A stretch of 43,882 nt of DNA from Psammoneis japonica (Eukaryota): positions 1 through 43,882 of the forward strand of contig QPGO01000348.1 in NCBI GenBank assembly GCA_008632985.1. Direction: 5' to 3'. The translations under genes were made by a program, and so were the position numbers. Within the stretch, counting starts at the first letter, position 1. Every line of letters starts with the position of its first letter. The notes beneath the pieces were generated by a model. That model searched no databases. It was given only the letters and a program-made list of their open reading frames with translations, and was not told the DNA's origin. Shown piece by piece: positions 24,554 to 36,206 of the stretch.

Positions 24554-27500
24554 AGCAGTGCACTGTTCCTCTTCCTCTGTGCTCCTCTGTTGCAACGCCA
24601 ACTGTGTGATTTGGCGACTTTTTCTTCGTTGAAATCATCATCATTGTCGCAGCTGTTTTTCACCTCTCGATTTGTGATCAAACGACCACCGCAGAACACA
24701 TGCCAGAGCTCTGCGCAGGAATTTGATTTTTTTCCTGCGCAACCATGGTGAACAAAAATCAAAACGCCGTCGATTTGACCAAGATCAAGACGACACGGGT
24801 TGAATTCAGCCCACACAATCGCTTGCCTGATGCCCACACTTTCCTGAACACCCTTTGTTCGGACGCGATCCCTGCTCCTGAAGATCTTTTGGATGGATTT
24901 GCCCCTCAAGGCCTCAAGAGCAATGCTCTTGCTGTTCTTTGTCACAAGATCGTTCAGAATCTCATCATCCCTGAAGCTGCCCTGACTGAAGATCTCACAC
25001 GAATCGGACGATCATTGAAAAGGCTCCTCTGTTTGTGGCCACCCCCAAAGGCTCCCCGGTTTGTCTGAACCTCAGTGCTCTTCAGAATGCTGTGGTTGAA
25101 GTGATCACAGAGAATCACTGCACCACAAAGGCACATGTTGGCACTTTGCGTTTCCATTTCAGCCCTGATTTCCAGTGTTGTGATTGCTGGGATGACATTT
25201 CAGATGATCTGCATCCAGTCCCACTGGCTGCTTCAAGTTCTGCATCTCCATTGATTGCTGCTGCAGGTCCTGCTCCTGAAGACTTTGCCAAGGCCTCAGC
25301 TGCTCATTTGCCTGGTCCAAAACAGTTTGAGCAAGCTGTGACAAATGCACTGAAGAACTCTGCTCCCAAGGCATCATCTCCTGCACCGTCTGCCATGACT
25401 GCTGCTGGTGCGGCTTCTTGCTCAACTGCTGCCAGTGCTTTGCACACCTTTAATCCGAAAGGACTTCCAAAGGATGTGCTGGCCTGCTGTCAGCGCAAGA
25501 AGCCGGGAAAGCAGCGCTCGGAAAATCTCTGGTGCCCTGCAAGTCTGGAAACCTTTGTTGTGAGGATGGCACTGAGCGTCTGATCCTTGCTGATGGTTCT
25601 CTCTTCGTTCATCGTACTGACTGGGATGCCAAGTCTTTTCTTCGTGACCCTCTCACTTGTGATGACATCTCTCCTCAAGGAATCCGTGCATGGCACACTG
25701 CTGTTGCCCAACAAGCCTGGCTTGTGGTGTGCACATGCATCCACTGTGGTGTTTCATCAAGAAGGATGGTGGAAATTGGGGTTTCACCTGTGGTGATGAT
25801 CCAACCGATGATCTCCCTCTCCGGATGATGGCAGCACTTGACCGAATGAAGCTGACTGTCTTCCAGCACATTCAGAAAGTTGGAATTTTTCCAGCAGACT
25901 CCAAGTGCCCTGACATTGTTCGTCAATGCTGTGGTGATGGATGTGCTGCCATCAAGATGACTCTCTTTGACATCCTGCCGATTTGGACGAAGCGTCCGCA
26001 TGAGTTGATCAAGAGCCACCCACACCAAAACAATCTTGCGGTCCTCAGCTGCTGTGCTCTGTTCAGAGACTGTCTCCAGCTACGAGCTGTCATCTCTAAT
26101 GTTGATGCCTCTCTTGACGACCCTGGTGAGCTCGACATTTTTCTCAGCAATGCCCGCTGTGGCGAGCACCTTCTCCTTAAAACAGCAGATGCCCGGGAAG
26201 ACATGAACCAACAACACAAGTTCACCCAGAAGAATGTTGTTGAAACTGTCAGTGCGATTCTCAAGGAACTGGACAGTCCTGCTCTTCGTGTCAAGGACCC
26301 TCCCAAACATCCTCCACATCATCTTCACACTTCGCCTGCTCCTTCTCTCAGAGCCCCTGTCCGAGGTCTTGACTTGCTTCCCAAAGATGAAGTTTCTACT
26401 CCGCCTCCAGCAATTGAGGAGCCTCCCAAGGAACCTGAACCTCCTGCCATGGAAGAACCCATGGAAACTGTGGAGCATTTTGTGAATGAACTTGCTGCCA
26501 TGGATGTTCCTGCAGATGATGATGCACAGGCCCTCCATGGCATCTACAAGGCCTGCATCTGTGGGATCAAGTCCTCTCCTGCCATTGCACAGAACCGTCC
26601 ATGTGTTTTTTGTGGCAACAACCACTCATTCCATGAGTGTCCTGCATTGAATGATGCTGAGTGCCTGCGCACTCATCTTGTTCGGTTCTCCCAGTTCCTC
26701 CACCGTGATCAGCGTGCTCGTGATGCACTTGGGTCTGACACGGCCAAGAAGGATTTTTCCTGGGGCCATTGTCATGTTCAGACAAACAATGCCGCCCATC
26801 CTCCTCCAATCTGAAAACTCCTGCAAGCGGGGTGACTGTGAAAGAGAGTCCAACCGACTCGTCACCTTCCGCTGATGCGCCTCTTTCACCTGTGTCATTT
26901 GCCAGCCTTCTTTCGGGCTCGACAAAGGCTGGTGCTCCTGATCCCAAGACGATTCCTGATGATGACTCTGGCAATCACAATCAGGGGAGGGAATTGGATC
27001 TTTCTACACTGGATGCTGATGTTCCATTGTCCACTGGTCAAGATCAAGACCAAGAATTTGAGTGTCTTGACATGATCAACACCCAGCATTTGTCGCCTCT
27101 CAGTGTCGCACATGTCTCCCCGATTTTTTCTCCCCTGGAGTCACCTGAGACCTTTGCATCCTTGACCACTCCAGTCGTTCCCATCAATCATGTCCTTCGT
27201 GATTCAACGACACATGGTGCACAGATTGACACTGGTGCTTGGGCATCCTGCACAGGGGACAAGAACCTCCTCCATGCCTGTGCTCCCTTTGGACCGGATG
27301 ACCCTTGTCCTTTGAAGATGCTTCCTGCCACTGAAGGCTCTGACATGGTTCCTCATGGCTTTGGTTGTCTGCAGGTGCCTGCAGACAATCCTGAAGGTTT
27401 TCTTCTTGTGCGCACTTTTTACCATCCCAGCCTGCGTTCCACTTTGATTGATGAACGTGATTTTGCGCAGGCTTCTGGTTTCAAACCTCAGTTCATTCGC

Positions 27501-30500
27501 TCCGAGCTCCTTGAGAAGACATGCGCCGACGGCACTTGCACTTGCACTGCTTCCACTGACACTGCTTCCACTGACACTCAAGAGGCAGTTGTCCATGGTG
27601 TGCTTTGACATGGCAAGGTCTTCACACAACCCCTGGTTCCTCCATCTACGTCTAATGTCCCTTCGACATCAACGACCCCTGACTTGTCCTTGGTTGATGA
27701 CATTGATGATGCATGACAACGTGCAGTCTTTTTCATCAATGTCCAACAAAGTCCATCCGATCCCTTGCTGATGGATGCTGAGCTGTTTTCGATGCAGTGT
27801 GACTCAGCTTCCCATGTCTCCCCTCCGTTGTCTCCCTCTGCTCCTGTCTGCTCTCTCAAAGTTGAGACTGAACATCTTCTGTGGCATCAACGCCTTGGAC
27901 ATCCCTGCAATCACCACTTGTGCAATGCTCACAAGTGCATCAAGGGTGTCCCGAAGTTCCAACATGCTGATCCTGTTCTTGATGTGTGTCCTGCGTGTGT
28001 CCAAGCCAAGCAGGTCAAGACTCCTGCTGGGCTGAACACGACTTGGAAGGCGACCCAGCCATGCCAAGTTCTCACTGTAGATTTTGCTTTTGCTGGCCAG
28101 ACTTCCAAGAATGAAGACCGCAAGGTTGATCATCTTGGATGTGATGGCAAAACGTGTTGGATTGCTGTCTACGATCATCACACACGGATGCTCCATGGAG
28201 TGGCAAGGGTTTCCAAAGCCAGTCCTCTCAAGTGGCTTTGCCAATTCTTGGATCGACATTCACCAAATTGTTGTGACAAACATGTGTTTGTGGACCAAGG
28301 TGGGGAATTGTACAAAAACCCCAAAGTTCGTGACCTCTTTGAACGAGAATTCCAGCATGACATCTGTCCTTCTGGCACTGGCGCATCCAACCAATGTGGA
28401 CCTGTTGAACGCTCACATTTGACTGTTGAAAATGCGATTCGTGCAATTTTAATTGGCGCCAACCTTCCGATTCGATTCCGGCCCTGTGCATTTTACCATC
28501 ACCTCCGCATCAAGAATGCCACTCCTGCAAAAGATCAAGATGCGGCACCCATCACTCTTGCTGCCAGAAAGGTCAAAGATTTTACTGCTCTGAAGACTTT
28601 TGGATGTCGAGTGTGGTCCAAACGGTCCACTGCTCATTCTGCTGCCTTCCGGACCAATTCCAAGAAGGGTGCATTCCTTGGTTGCCTTCCAAACACCCTG
28701 AAGAATGTTGTGTGGTGGGATCCTGAGACTGACAAAGTCAAGACGGCCAAGCATGTGTGCTGCGATGAAGGCATGAATGACCTGTTTTTGGATCAACTTC
28801 CTCCCAATGCTGTCCATTTACAGCATGTGGAAAATGGTCAGCCTTTTCCAGCTGAAACACAGGACACCACCGTTCCTGTGTTCACCTCTTCGTTGAATCC
28901 TTTTGCTGCGACTGTTGCATGCACCATGAAGCGTCCCCCAAAGGATCCCACCTGTGGTTTTGGATTTTCCCAGCATGCGCCAATGGACCATGTCTGTGCA
29001 TCGGAAATCAAGCAGCACAGTCCTGCGGCATCCTTGTTCTCTTCCTTCCGTGCTGCTCACAACAAGATCATGGGTGCATGCATTGTCTCTGTCAACAAGC
29101 ATGAAGTTTTTACTCCGTCGGATGCTGAAGAGGCCTCATCTCAGGTCTTCCATGATGAAATCCCAACCTTCAAGATTGCTTTTGCGCTGGAACGACGATT
29201 GGATTCTTGCACTCTTAACAAGGCATTTGAGGAAGCGGAGTCATTTGAACCTGACTCCATGGAGGATGACTCCCATGTTCCCGAACTTGCTTTGGAAGAT
29301 GTGCGATCTGTTGTGGCCCTTCTCCACCCCGATGATGATTTTTCGGATGAGGCTGTCCCCACGGACATCTTCCATGCACACCTCAATGCGATCAGCTCCC
29401 GCTCTCTCACTCCGGAGGAAGCTGCTCTTGACCACCTCACCCGTGCCAAGCTTCGTAAACTTGACACATGGCCTGAATGGGAAGAAGGTGAGCAGCGTCA
29501 ATTGGATCAATTTCATGCCCTTGGCATGTGTGGTCCTCCGCAACCACACCCCCCTGGCGTGAACATCATGAGTCCACATTGGGATCATGTGGCAAAGCTG
29601 GATGGACAACGTTGTTCTCGGCAATGTGGTGATGGTTCCAAGTCGGCAATGCCGGCCTCGCATGAGTTGACTTCCACCCATTCATCGTGTGTGGAACGCT
29701 CTGTCGAAAAGATGTTTTTTACTCTCAGTGCAGCCATGTCCTGTCGTGTCTTCAGTGGTGATGCTTAGGATGCCTGCGCTCATTCTCCTGGTCCTTCACA
29801 GCCGGTTTTCATTGCCACTGATGATGCACATGCTGCCTGGTGTGAAAAGACATTTGGCAAGAAAGCACCCCGCCACTGTGTTCTTCCACTCAAGCGTGCT
29901 CTTCAAGGTCACCCTGAAGCTGGTGTCCTTTGGGAAAAGCACATCAATTTGATTCCAACGGGTGCAAAACTTCTTTTCCACAATGCCGCTCATGACAAGT
30001 GCATCTGTTCTGGTGAATGTGATGGTGTCAAGGTCCTTCTCCTTCATCAGGTCGATGATTTTGCCCTTGCTTGTCCCTCCAAAAAGATTGCAAAAGAGAT
30101 CTACGACCACATTGGCAAGACTCTCCAGATGGAAAATGAGGGTGCTCCTCCCTTCAAGCATTTTGGCTTGGTTGCTGAATTCAATGGTGTTGATGTCATT
30201 CAAAATGACGGTTCAATTGCTGTCAACGTTGCCAGCTGCCTTGGCCATGTTTTCAAGACCCATGGTTGGGATGCTCCTGCTGTGAATGAATCTGACTCTG
30301 ATTTCAAGGCTGCACCTGTTCCAGTTGATTGCACCCCTGATCTGTGCACTGCTGAAGGTCCTGAGGAGGGTGCTCCCGAGTGTGATGCTCTCGCTGAGTC
30401 CCAGGGATTCTCTTGCCATTCTCTTCTGGGTGAATTGGTCTTTGCCTGCTCCTGTTGTCGTTTGGACATTGGTTGTCCTTTGGCCCCGGCTGAGCTTCAT

Positions 30501-30670
30501 TGTGATTCACTCAAGCGCATGGCCAAGCATTTGCGGCGTGCCAAACATTGGGGACTGATGTGTGAGAAGTCCAAGCGCGATCCCGGTCTGCCTCCTCGTG
30601 ATTTCAAATGGCTTGAGGATGACTCATCTCTCCCGGACTTCCCTCGTGCTGATGACCTTTTCCAACTTGC
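24360..30670 (+). mobile_element. Degenerate Ty1/Copia LTR retrotransposon (CoDi-like), truncated before RNase H
   Basis: Order is gag (from ATG 24745; zinc knuckle CVFCGNNHSFHEC ~26600), protease (QIDTGA ~27220), pre-integrase/Zn finger (LWHQRLGH..CPAC), integrase (VDFAF, VDQGGELY, GPVERSH), then RT (LKRALQGHPEAG, QVDDF ~30050). INT before RT indicates Copia. Several frameshifts and a stop at 29766-29768. Confidence 0.92.
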
Positions 30671-31190
30671 AAGAGTGGTTGAATCACTTTTGGTGGACAA
30701 ACATGTTGCAGCTCCAACTGCGCTTGTGTGTGCTGGTGTGTCAGCTGCCTTGGTGGCACGTCTCATGTGCAATGGGCAGGAGCAGGCATGAAGCTTGTGC
30801 AAGAACCACAGCCTCTCCCCATTGTTGGGGCATCATTCAAGTGCACAAAAACCTTTTTGGTGCAAATTTGATGGCTTCGCTGCACAAGAGTCCAGGGGTG
30901 GTTCGAGTGTGGCTGCAAAAAGTGAGAGAGCGCCAGCGTGCTTGCTGCTGCGTGCGCTGACAATTGATTGGGACAAAGGAGAAAGACACAAGAGATCTTC
31001 ATTCTTTTTTCAAGGACCATCATTGCGTGCCGTGATTGGAGAGCTTTGGCTCATCTTTACTCCACCATGGTAATCGAGTTTGTTGAGCGATTTTTTGTTT
31101 TGTCACGAGGGCATGCGTCTCTACAGCACAGTGGAAAATCAAAATTGCCGGTGGCACACCCCGACAAGTGTCAACAGCCAAAAACTTCTT
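30670..31190. mobile_element. TpA-depleted non-Copia sequence (block C, right part)
   Basis: Copia similarity stops abruptly after ..DDLFQL, while TA depletion continues to ~31190. Confidence 0.45.
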
Positions 31191-31341
31191 GGTGAAATTC
31201 CTTTTCAAAAAATGTAAATTATAAAATTTCTCATATTTTATAGTTAAACTCCAACTCAGTGAATACAAAATCGACTTTGCGGACGTTTCACGCGTTTCCT
31301 CAAATTTGGAATTCTCGCCCAACATCAACATCGCCGCCACC

Positions 31342-32964
31342 ATGAGCTTCGGTTCAGGGCTTCGAGCATGGCTTGCTTTAATCTTGATCCTCCTGACAGC
31401 ATCATCATTGTCCATAAAACGCCCAAATATTGTGACTGTTTTGTGTGATGATTTGGATTCGGAACTCGGTGGCGCCAACGCTTCAACTTTGAAGTACACT
31501 CGCAAGTGGTTCCAACAGAACGATGGAATGATTCTGTCCAATTGGTTTGTGCATACCCCCGTCTGTTGTCCCTCGCGTGCTCAATTATGGACGGGAAAGA
31601 TGTTTCACAACTTGAAAACTCCACATTTCGGACACGAGGGTTGCATGCACGTGGACGTGAACGCCACAAGAGAGTCTCTGTTCTATGCGCGCGACTATTT
31701 TGCCCCACACTTTAGCAAGCTCAATTATACAGTGGGTTTCTTTGGAAAGCATCTCAACAACGCAAATCCCATTGACTTTATTCCAGATGGCGTCGACCAA
31801 TGGCTTGTGAATGGTGGAGGGATGTATCTTAATCCGACATTTACATGGGCCTCCCGCAACAGCAAACCCGTTGAGATCAAATTTGACAATTGTTCCCAAT
31901 CAACCGGCATGCCTTGCTACTCCACTTCTGTCATTGGAAATGTCAGCCTCGCTTGGATTCGGCGACACGTCCAATCATCGTTTTCTTTGAAGCCTTTTTT
32001 TGCTGTAATTTCTGTCAAGGCACCACATTTGCAAGACAGACCAGGCTTTCCCATGTCGATATCCGCCCCCTGGTATGAGAATACGTCGATACCCGAACAA
32101 ATGGCGCCACGAACCCGAAACTACAACCTATCATGCCCTGATCATCATTGGTTAGTTCGTAGCCAACCACCGCTGTCGAAAATACAGGGAGACATGGTGG
32201 ATAAGCTCTACACCAGTCGCCTCAAGACAATCCTCTCGGTCGACGACTTGATGAAAGACCTCGTATCGACCCTGACCGACTTGAGGGTGTTGAATGATAC
32301 GATTGTTATTTTTACAAGTGACAATGGCTATCGCTTGGGTCAGTTTCGAATGCCCCAAGGCAAATTTCACGCCTACGAAAACGACGTGCGCGTGCCAATG
32401 ATGATTCGCGGTCCTGGCATTCAACCACAAAAGCAGAAGCCGTCCCCTATTGTGGGTACCCATGTAGACCTTATTCCCACTTTGTTGGGCCTGGTCCAGA
32501 ACGATTCATCACAAATGATTGTTCCTCAAACCATGGATGGAACCAATCTTGCGGGTGACCTGCTTGCTGCAAAGAACGGAACATCAACGGGCGTGTCTAG
32601 CATAAAGTCGTTCCTGATTGAATACATGAGTTTAGGCAACATTGTTCGCTACCAACATTTGGAAGACACCTACAACCACACCTTTGTGGCACTCCGTATT
32701 ATAAACTTCAATGTCAGAGCAGAGGACGGTCTCCGTAACTTGAAATATGTGCAGTACCGAGACTCCCAAGAGGATTGGAGTGGCACTGCCAAACCACCCT
32801 TGGAGGTTGAGCTCTTTGATTTGGACAAGGATCCATTGGAAATGCACAATTTGGCCAAGACTGCCTCACCCGTCTTGTTGCAAGCCCTACAAGAGAAGAC
32901 TATGCGCATGTTTCGTTGCCAAGGAGACTCTTGTCGCAAGGAGCAACGCAGGGCGCTTTTTTGA
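31342..32964 (+). CDS. Secreted sulfatase, N-acetylglucosamine-6-sulfatase-like; intronless
   Basis: Signal peptide, RPNIVTVLCDD, formylglycine motif CCPSRA, FFGKHLN, FTSDNGY, GKFHAYENDVRVPMMIRGPG, ELFDLDKDPLEMHNLA. Confidence 0.92.
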   Translation: MSFGSGLRAWLALILILLTASSLSIKRPNIVTVLCDDLDSELGGANASTLKYTRKWFQQNDGMILSNWFVHTPVCCPSRAQLWTGKMFHNLKTPHFGHEGCMHVDVNATRESLFYARDYFAPHFSKLNYTVGFFGKHLNNANPIDFIPDGVDQWLVNGGGMYLNPTFTWASRNSKPVEIKFDNCSQSTGMPCYSTSVIGNVSLAWIRRHVQSSFSLKPFFAVISVKAPHLQDRPGFPMSISAPWYENTSIPEQMAPRTRNYNLSCPDHHWLVRSQPPLSKIQGDMVDKLYTSRLKTILSVDDLMKDLVSTLTDLRVLNDTIVIFTSDNGYRLGQFRMPQGKFHAYENDVRVPMMIRGPGIQPQKQKPSPIVGTHVDLIPTLLGLVQNDSSQMIVPQTMDGTNLAGDLLAAKNGTSTGVSSIKSFLIEYMSLGNIVRYQHLEDTYNHTFVALRIINFNVRAEDGLRNLKYVQYRDSQEDWSGTAKPPLEVELFDLDKDPLEMHNLAKTASPVLLQALQEKTMRMFRCQGDSCRKEQRRALF

Positions 32965-33229
32965 ATTCTTCACATGTTTGCTCCTTGATTGACAAGGAGT
33001 TACAAACAAACGCGGATCCTTTGCTCATTGTGAGTGAAGAAGAGTTTGAATCCTTCAGGGTGCAAAGCTCACAGATTAGCCATAACCCCTCAGTAACAAC
33101 CATGACATCTATGTAGACTAAAGATGGCGATAACCCATTGTGGGTAAGGTTTTCCGGTGCGATGTAAACAATGATTCATTCCTGCACACCGTCGACACAA
33201 ACTTCAATGCATTAGAGTCGGCATTGTGT

Positions 33230-34730
33230 TAGTCTGGGTTAAGGTGTGGATCTGGTGAAACAGGCACAGGGGTGGCATCATTGGAACCCTCCAGCACCAT
33301 TGCATCATGACTTTTGGTGGGCAGCTGGGCAGCATTCCAGTCGGTGGGGTGGTGCTTGATGGTTGTGCACAAAATGATTGCAGTTGGTAATGTGGGACGC
33401 TGCTTCAGTGGCTGCACTGAACAGTGGTGGTGAGTTGGACTGTCCCATGCTGGCAAATGGGCTGGCATTGCTGGTGGTGGTGGTTTGCCATTTTAGCTGG
33501 GGAAAGACCACCCTGAGAATGGGTGTTTCTGTCAAGCCCAGTTGCAAATGTTGGAAGCAGTTGTTGGCCAGGTCTGTCTTCATGAGATGCATGCAGCCTT
33601 GGGCTGGGTCTGCCAGGAGGACATGTTGCAGAAGGTGGTCAAAGGTTTGCCCAAATTGTGTTGGTTCCATTGCTGCATTTGGTTGTGCAGTGATGTTCAA
33701 GCCACAGAAGGAGCAACCAACAACTGCTGCTGGGCATGTTTTGTGGGCTGAGGTGCAGGTCAGGTGCGTGATTTTTTGCCTTAGTGTGCAGGGCCATGAC
33801 CCAAAAACCCTTGTCAGCCATGCCATCTTGAAGAAGTTGATGTGTCAGCAGACAGACCTGTGTGCTCCCCCAGGCAATGCCAGCATCTGGCTCAGCTTGC
33901 ATCTGTGGGGCAGGCAGCACCATCAGCTGTGTGGTGATGGACGTGCCTTGGCACTTGCAGGGGCCTGCAACAGTTGGTGCACCAGATGTTGTTTGGTGCA
34001 GCACAGCTCTCCCCAGTCTCCTCTGCCAATTCAAATGCACAGCAAGTTGCTGAGTCCTCTGCAACACAACCTGCGCTTGTGATGAGGGGTGGCCACAGTG
34101 CTCTTTGAAGCTTTTCTCCACAGTCGGGGGTTGTGGAGGTGCCGGTGCTGGTGCCAACAAATGAGGGGGCTCTTGACTGCAAGTTTCCAAACTGGAGCTG
34201 TTGCCAAAGACCTGTTTTGTCTTCCAACGCTCCACACCCCAATTGAAGCGGTGTGGCCATGCTCCTCCTTGGTGCGGTCATCATGAAGAGTCACGCGCTT
34301 GGCTCTCCCCACAAAGGAGTTGACTGTGCTGACCCTTGCAGCAGTGCAGCAGGCAGCAGACCACTCCTTTGTCATTCTTTGATGACTTAATCTTGCTGCA
34401 TTTGCGCCAGATCTTGATGTCCCTGGACCTGGCACTCTTCCTCCTGTTGCAGAGAGGGGGCGTCGAAGTGCCAGTCACCCAAAGCTGCTCCTGCCATCAT
34501 CACTTGGAGTGCATGCCCCACATTCAATGGCTGCATGGTGGACAAATTGGGTTGCACTGATGGTGGCAAAGTGAGAGGTGTCAGCACCTGGCGGCTCCTT
34601 TAGCTGCCTCGTGGTTTTCGGTGCGTTGTCCTGAGGGATGTCTCCGCACGAGCGAAGGTCAAACGCCGAAAATGGCGTCCATTTTTCGCGCTCGCAACAA
34701 ATCGCGTTGCGACCGCTTCATGCACCTAAG
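33230..34730 (-). mobile_element. TpA-depleted block D with a relic of a DIRS/Ngaro-like reverse transcriptase
   Basis: Minus-strand fragments MADKGFWVM..DLHLSP, QFGQTFDHLLQHVLLADPAQGCMHLMKTDLANNCF and MGQSNSPPLFSAATE resemble RT motifs of tyrosine-recombinase retrotransposons (KxDxxDGFY; LPMGWxNSPPxFxxATE). Frameshifted. Confidence 0.6.
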
Positions 34731-34851
34731 CGATCATGTTCTAGCCAATAACCAAAGACACTCTCTTCTATCTCCAATACTCTCTCGAGTCCTATAGAGA
34801 CTCCCAATCGCGAGATCGCAAGGAAAACAGAAGATTTCCGAACGAGCTACG

Positions 34852-36037
34852 ATGCAATTGACGGAGGAACCTCAACAGCAGAATTGCAAACTCAGAAAAC
34901 CACACCTCAAGGCGTGTGTGGCTACGATTCTCGCTCTATGCATAGCACTCGCGTTCATATCAAACAGCAAAAACATCTCAAGACGTTCTTCCGAATCTGT
35001 TTCCGAAAAAATCTCGAGACATTCTGTTCCCGCAAACCTGCATGGATCGATACCTGCGAATGATTCGGCTGTACCGGTATATAAGATCGGCGCCAATCGG
35101 ACGCTGGTTGTGATTATAGGTAATTTGCGAGGAGGAGAATTGGCCTGGCAAACATTGTACAAGCATGTGCTGGACAAAAATATTGCCGATTTGGCGCTGG
35201 CGATCGGTGAAGTGCCGGTTGAACAACGAAACTCTTCGCTGTACGCGAGAGCAAAGTATCTCTGGGAATTTCCAGAGTATGATGATTGGGCTGATGCCAT
35301 TGATTTGATCAATGGAACAAAATGGCGCGATGAGCTGCTCCCTCACGTCCACAAAGGAACGTACGTGTGACTTATTTTCCACTGTGGCCTGATAATAAGT
35401 CTGATGAGTGCTTTTTTCAAAAGATGTTCTTACACTCGTTTCGTTCTGCTTACTTAGCGGTCTCCTCGGAGGAGTCAGTGGTCGCGCTGGAAGCGGTGCT
35501 GTGGTTTTTATGGCACGCTGGTTCCTCTCAGAGCAGATTAAAAAGCTTGGTCTCCTGGAGAAGTATGATAGGTTTCTTGTCACGCGGTCAGATCACTACT
35601 ACGAGTGTGCTCATGATTTAGCCATGCTGGATCCAACCTTTATGTGGGTCCCGAAGTTCACTGATTATGATGGAGTGACTGACAGACATGTGGTCTGCAA
35701 CAATCGTCAGATTCTTAGGGCATTGGACATTCTTCCACACATGATAGAACATCCAGAGCTTTACATTGCGAACTTGAAAAGAAGAATTAATGCCGAGGGG
35801 CTAGTTTTGAAACGATGGGAGATGGAGAATCTGGTGCCCAAGTTGAGAAAGTTTGATCGCACCTTTTTTACGTGCGCAAGTGACGGTGATAAGACACGGT
35901 GGCAGCAGCCCACAGATTACACGGTAGAGGAAGGTGTTCATCTCAAGTATGTGGTTGAATATGAAGCAGCAAAATGCGCTTGCAGAGGGTGGCACCCCAG
36001 GGCAGTTAATCGTGAGACCATATCATGCTGGAAGTAA
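34852..36037 (+). CDS. Type II membrane protein, putative glycosyltransferase-like; 2 exons
   Basis: N-terminal TM anchor; GT-AG intron 35361-35457 joins the two ORFs in frame. Motifs IIGNLRGGE, YDRFLVTRSDHYY and GVTDRH. Function is inferred only. Confidence 0.65.
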
Positions 36038-36206
36038 TCGGGCTATTGATATTCGAAATTGAAGCGCAACCGGGATTAGGGATTATATCGGCACGCTATG
36101 GAAATGCTGGTAGGCCGAAGCCGCTGCCTTCATGACGAAGGCTTTGTTTTGAAAAGTTAGGGATGTGTGAAGCGTTCTGTGCTCGCTTCCAATTCAGCTG
36201 ATTATT

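Noticed and set aside
27544..27577. 15-bp tandem duplication CACTGCTTCCACTGA within the Copia
   Set aside because: Ordinary slippage in a decaying element.
24745..30670. Alternative genetic code or classical fungal RIP as the cause of the odd amino-acid usage
   Set aside because: Neighbouring genes use Tyr codons normally and TA loss affects all frames and non-coding DNA. RIP would increase TpA and add stop codons.
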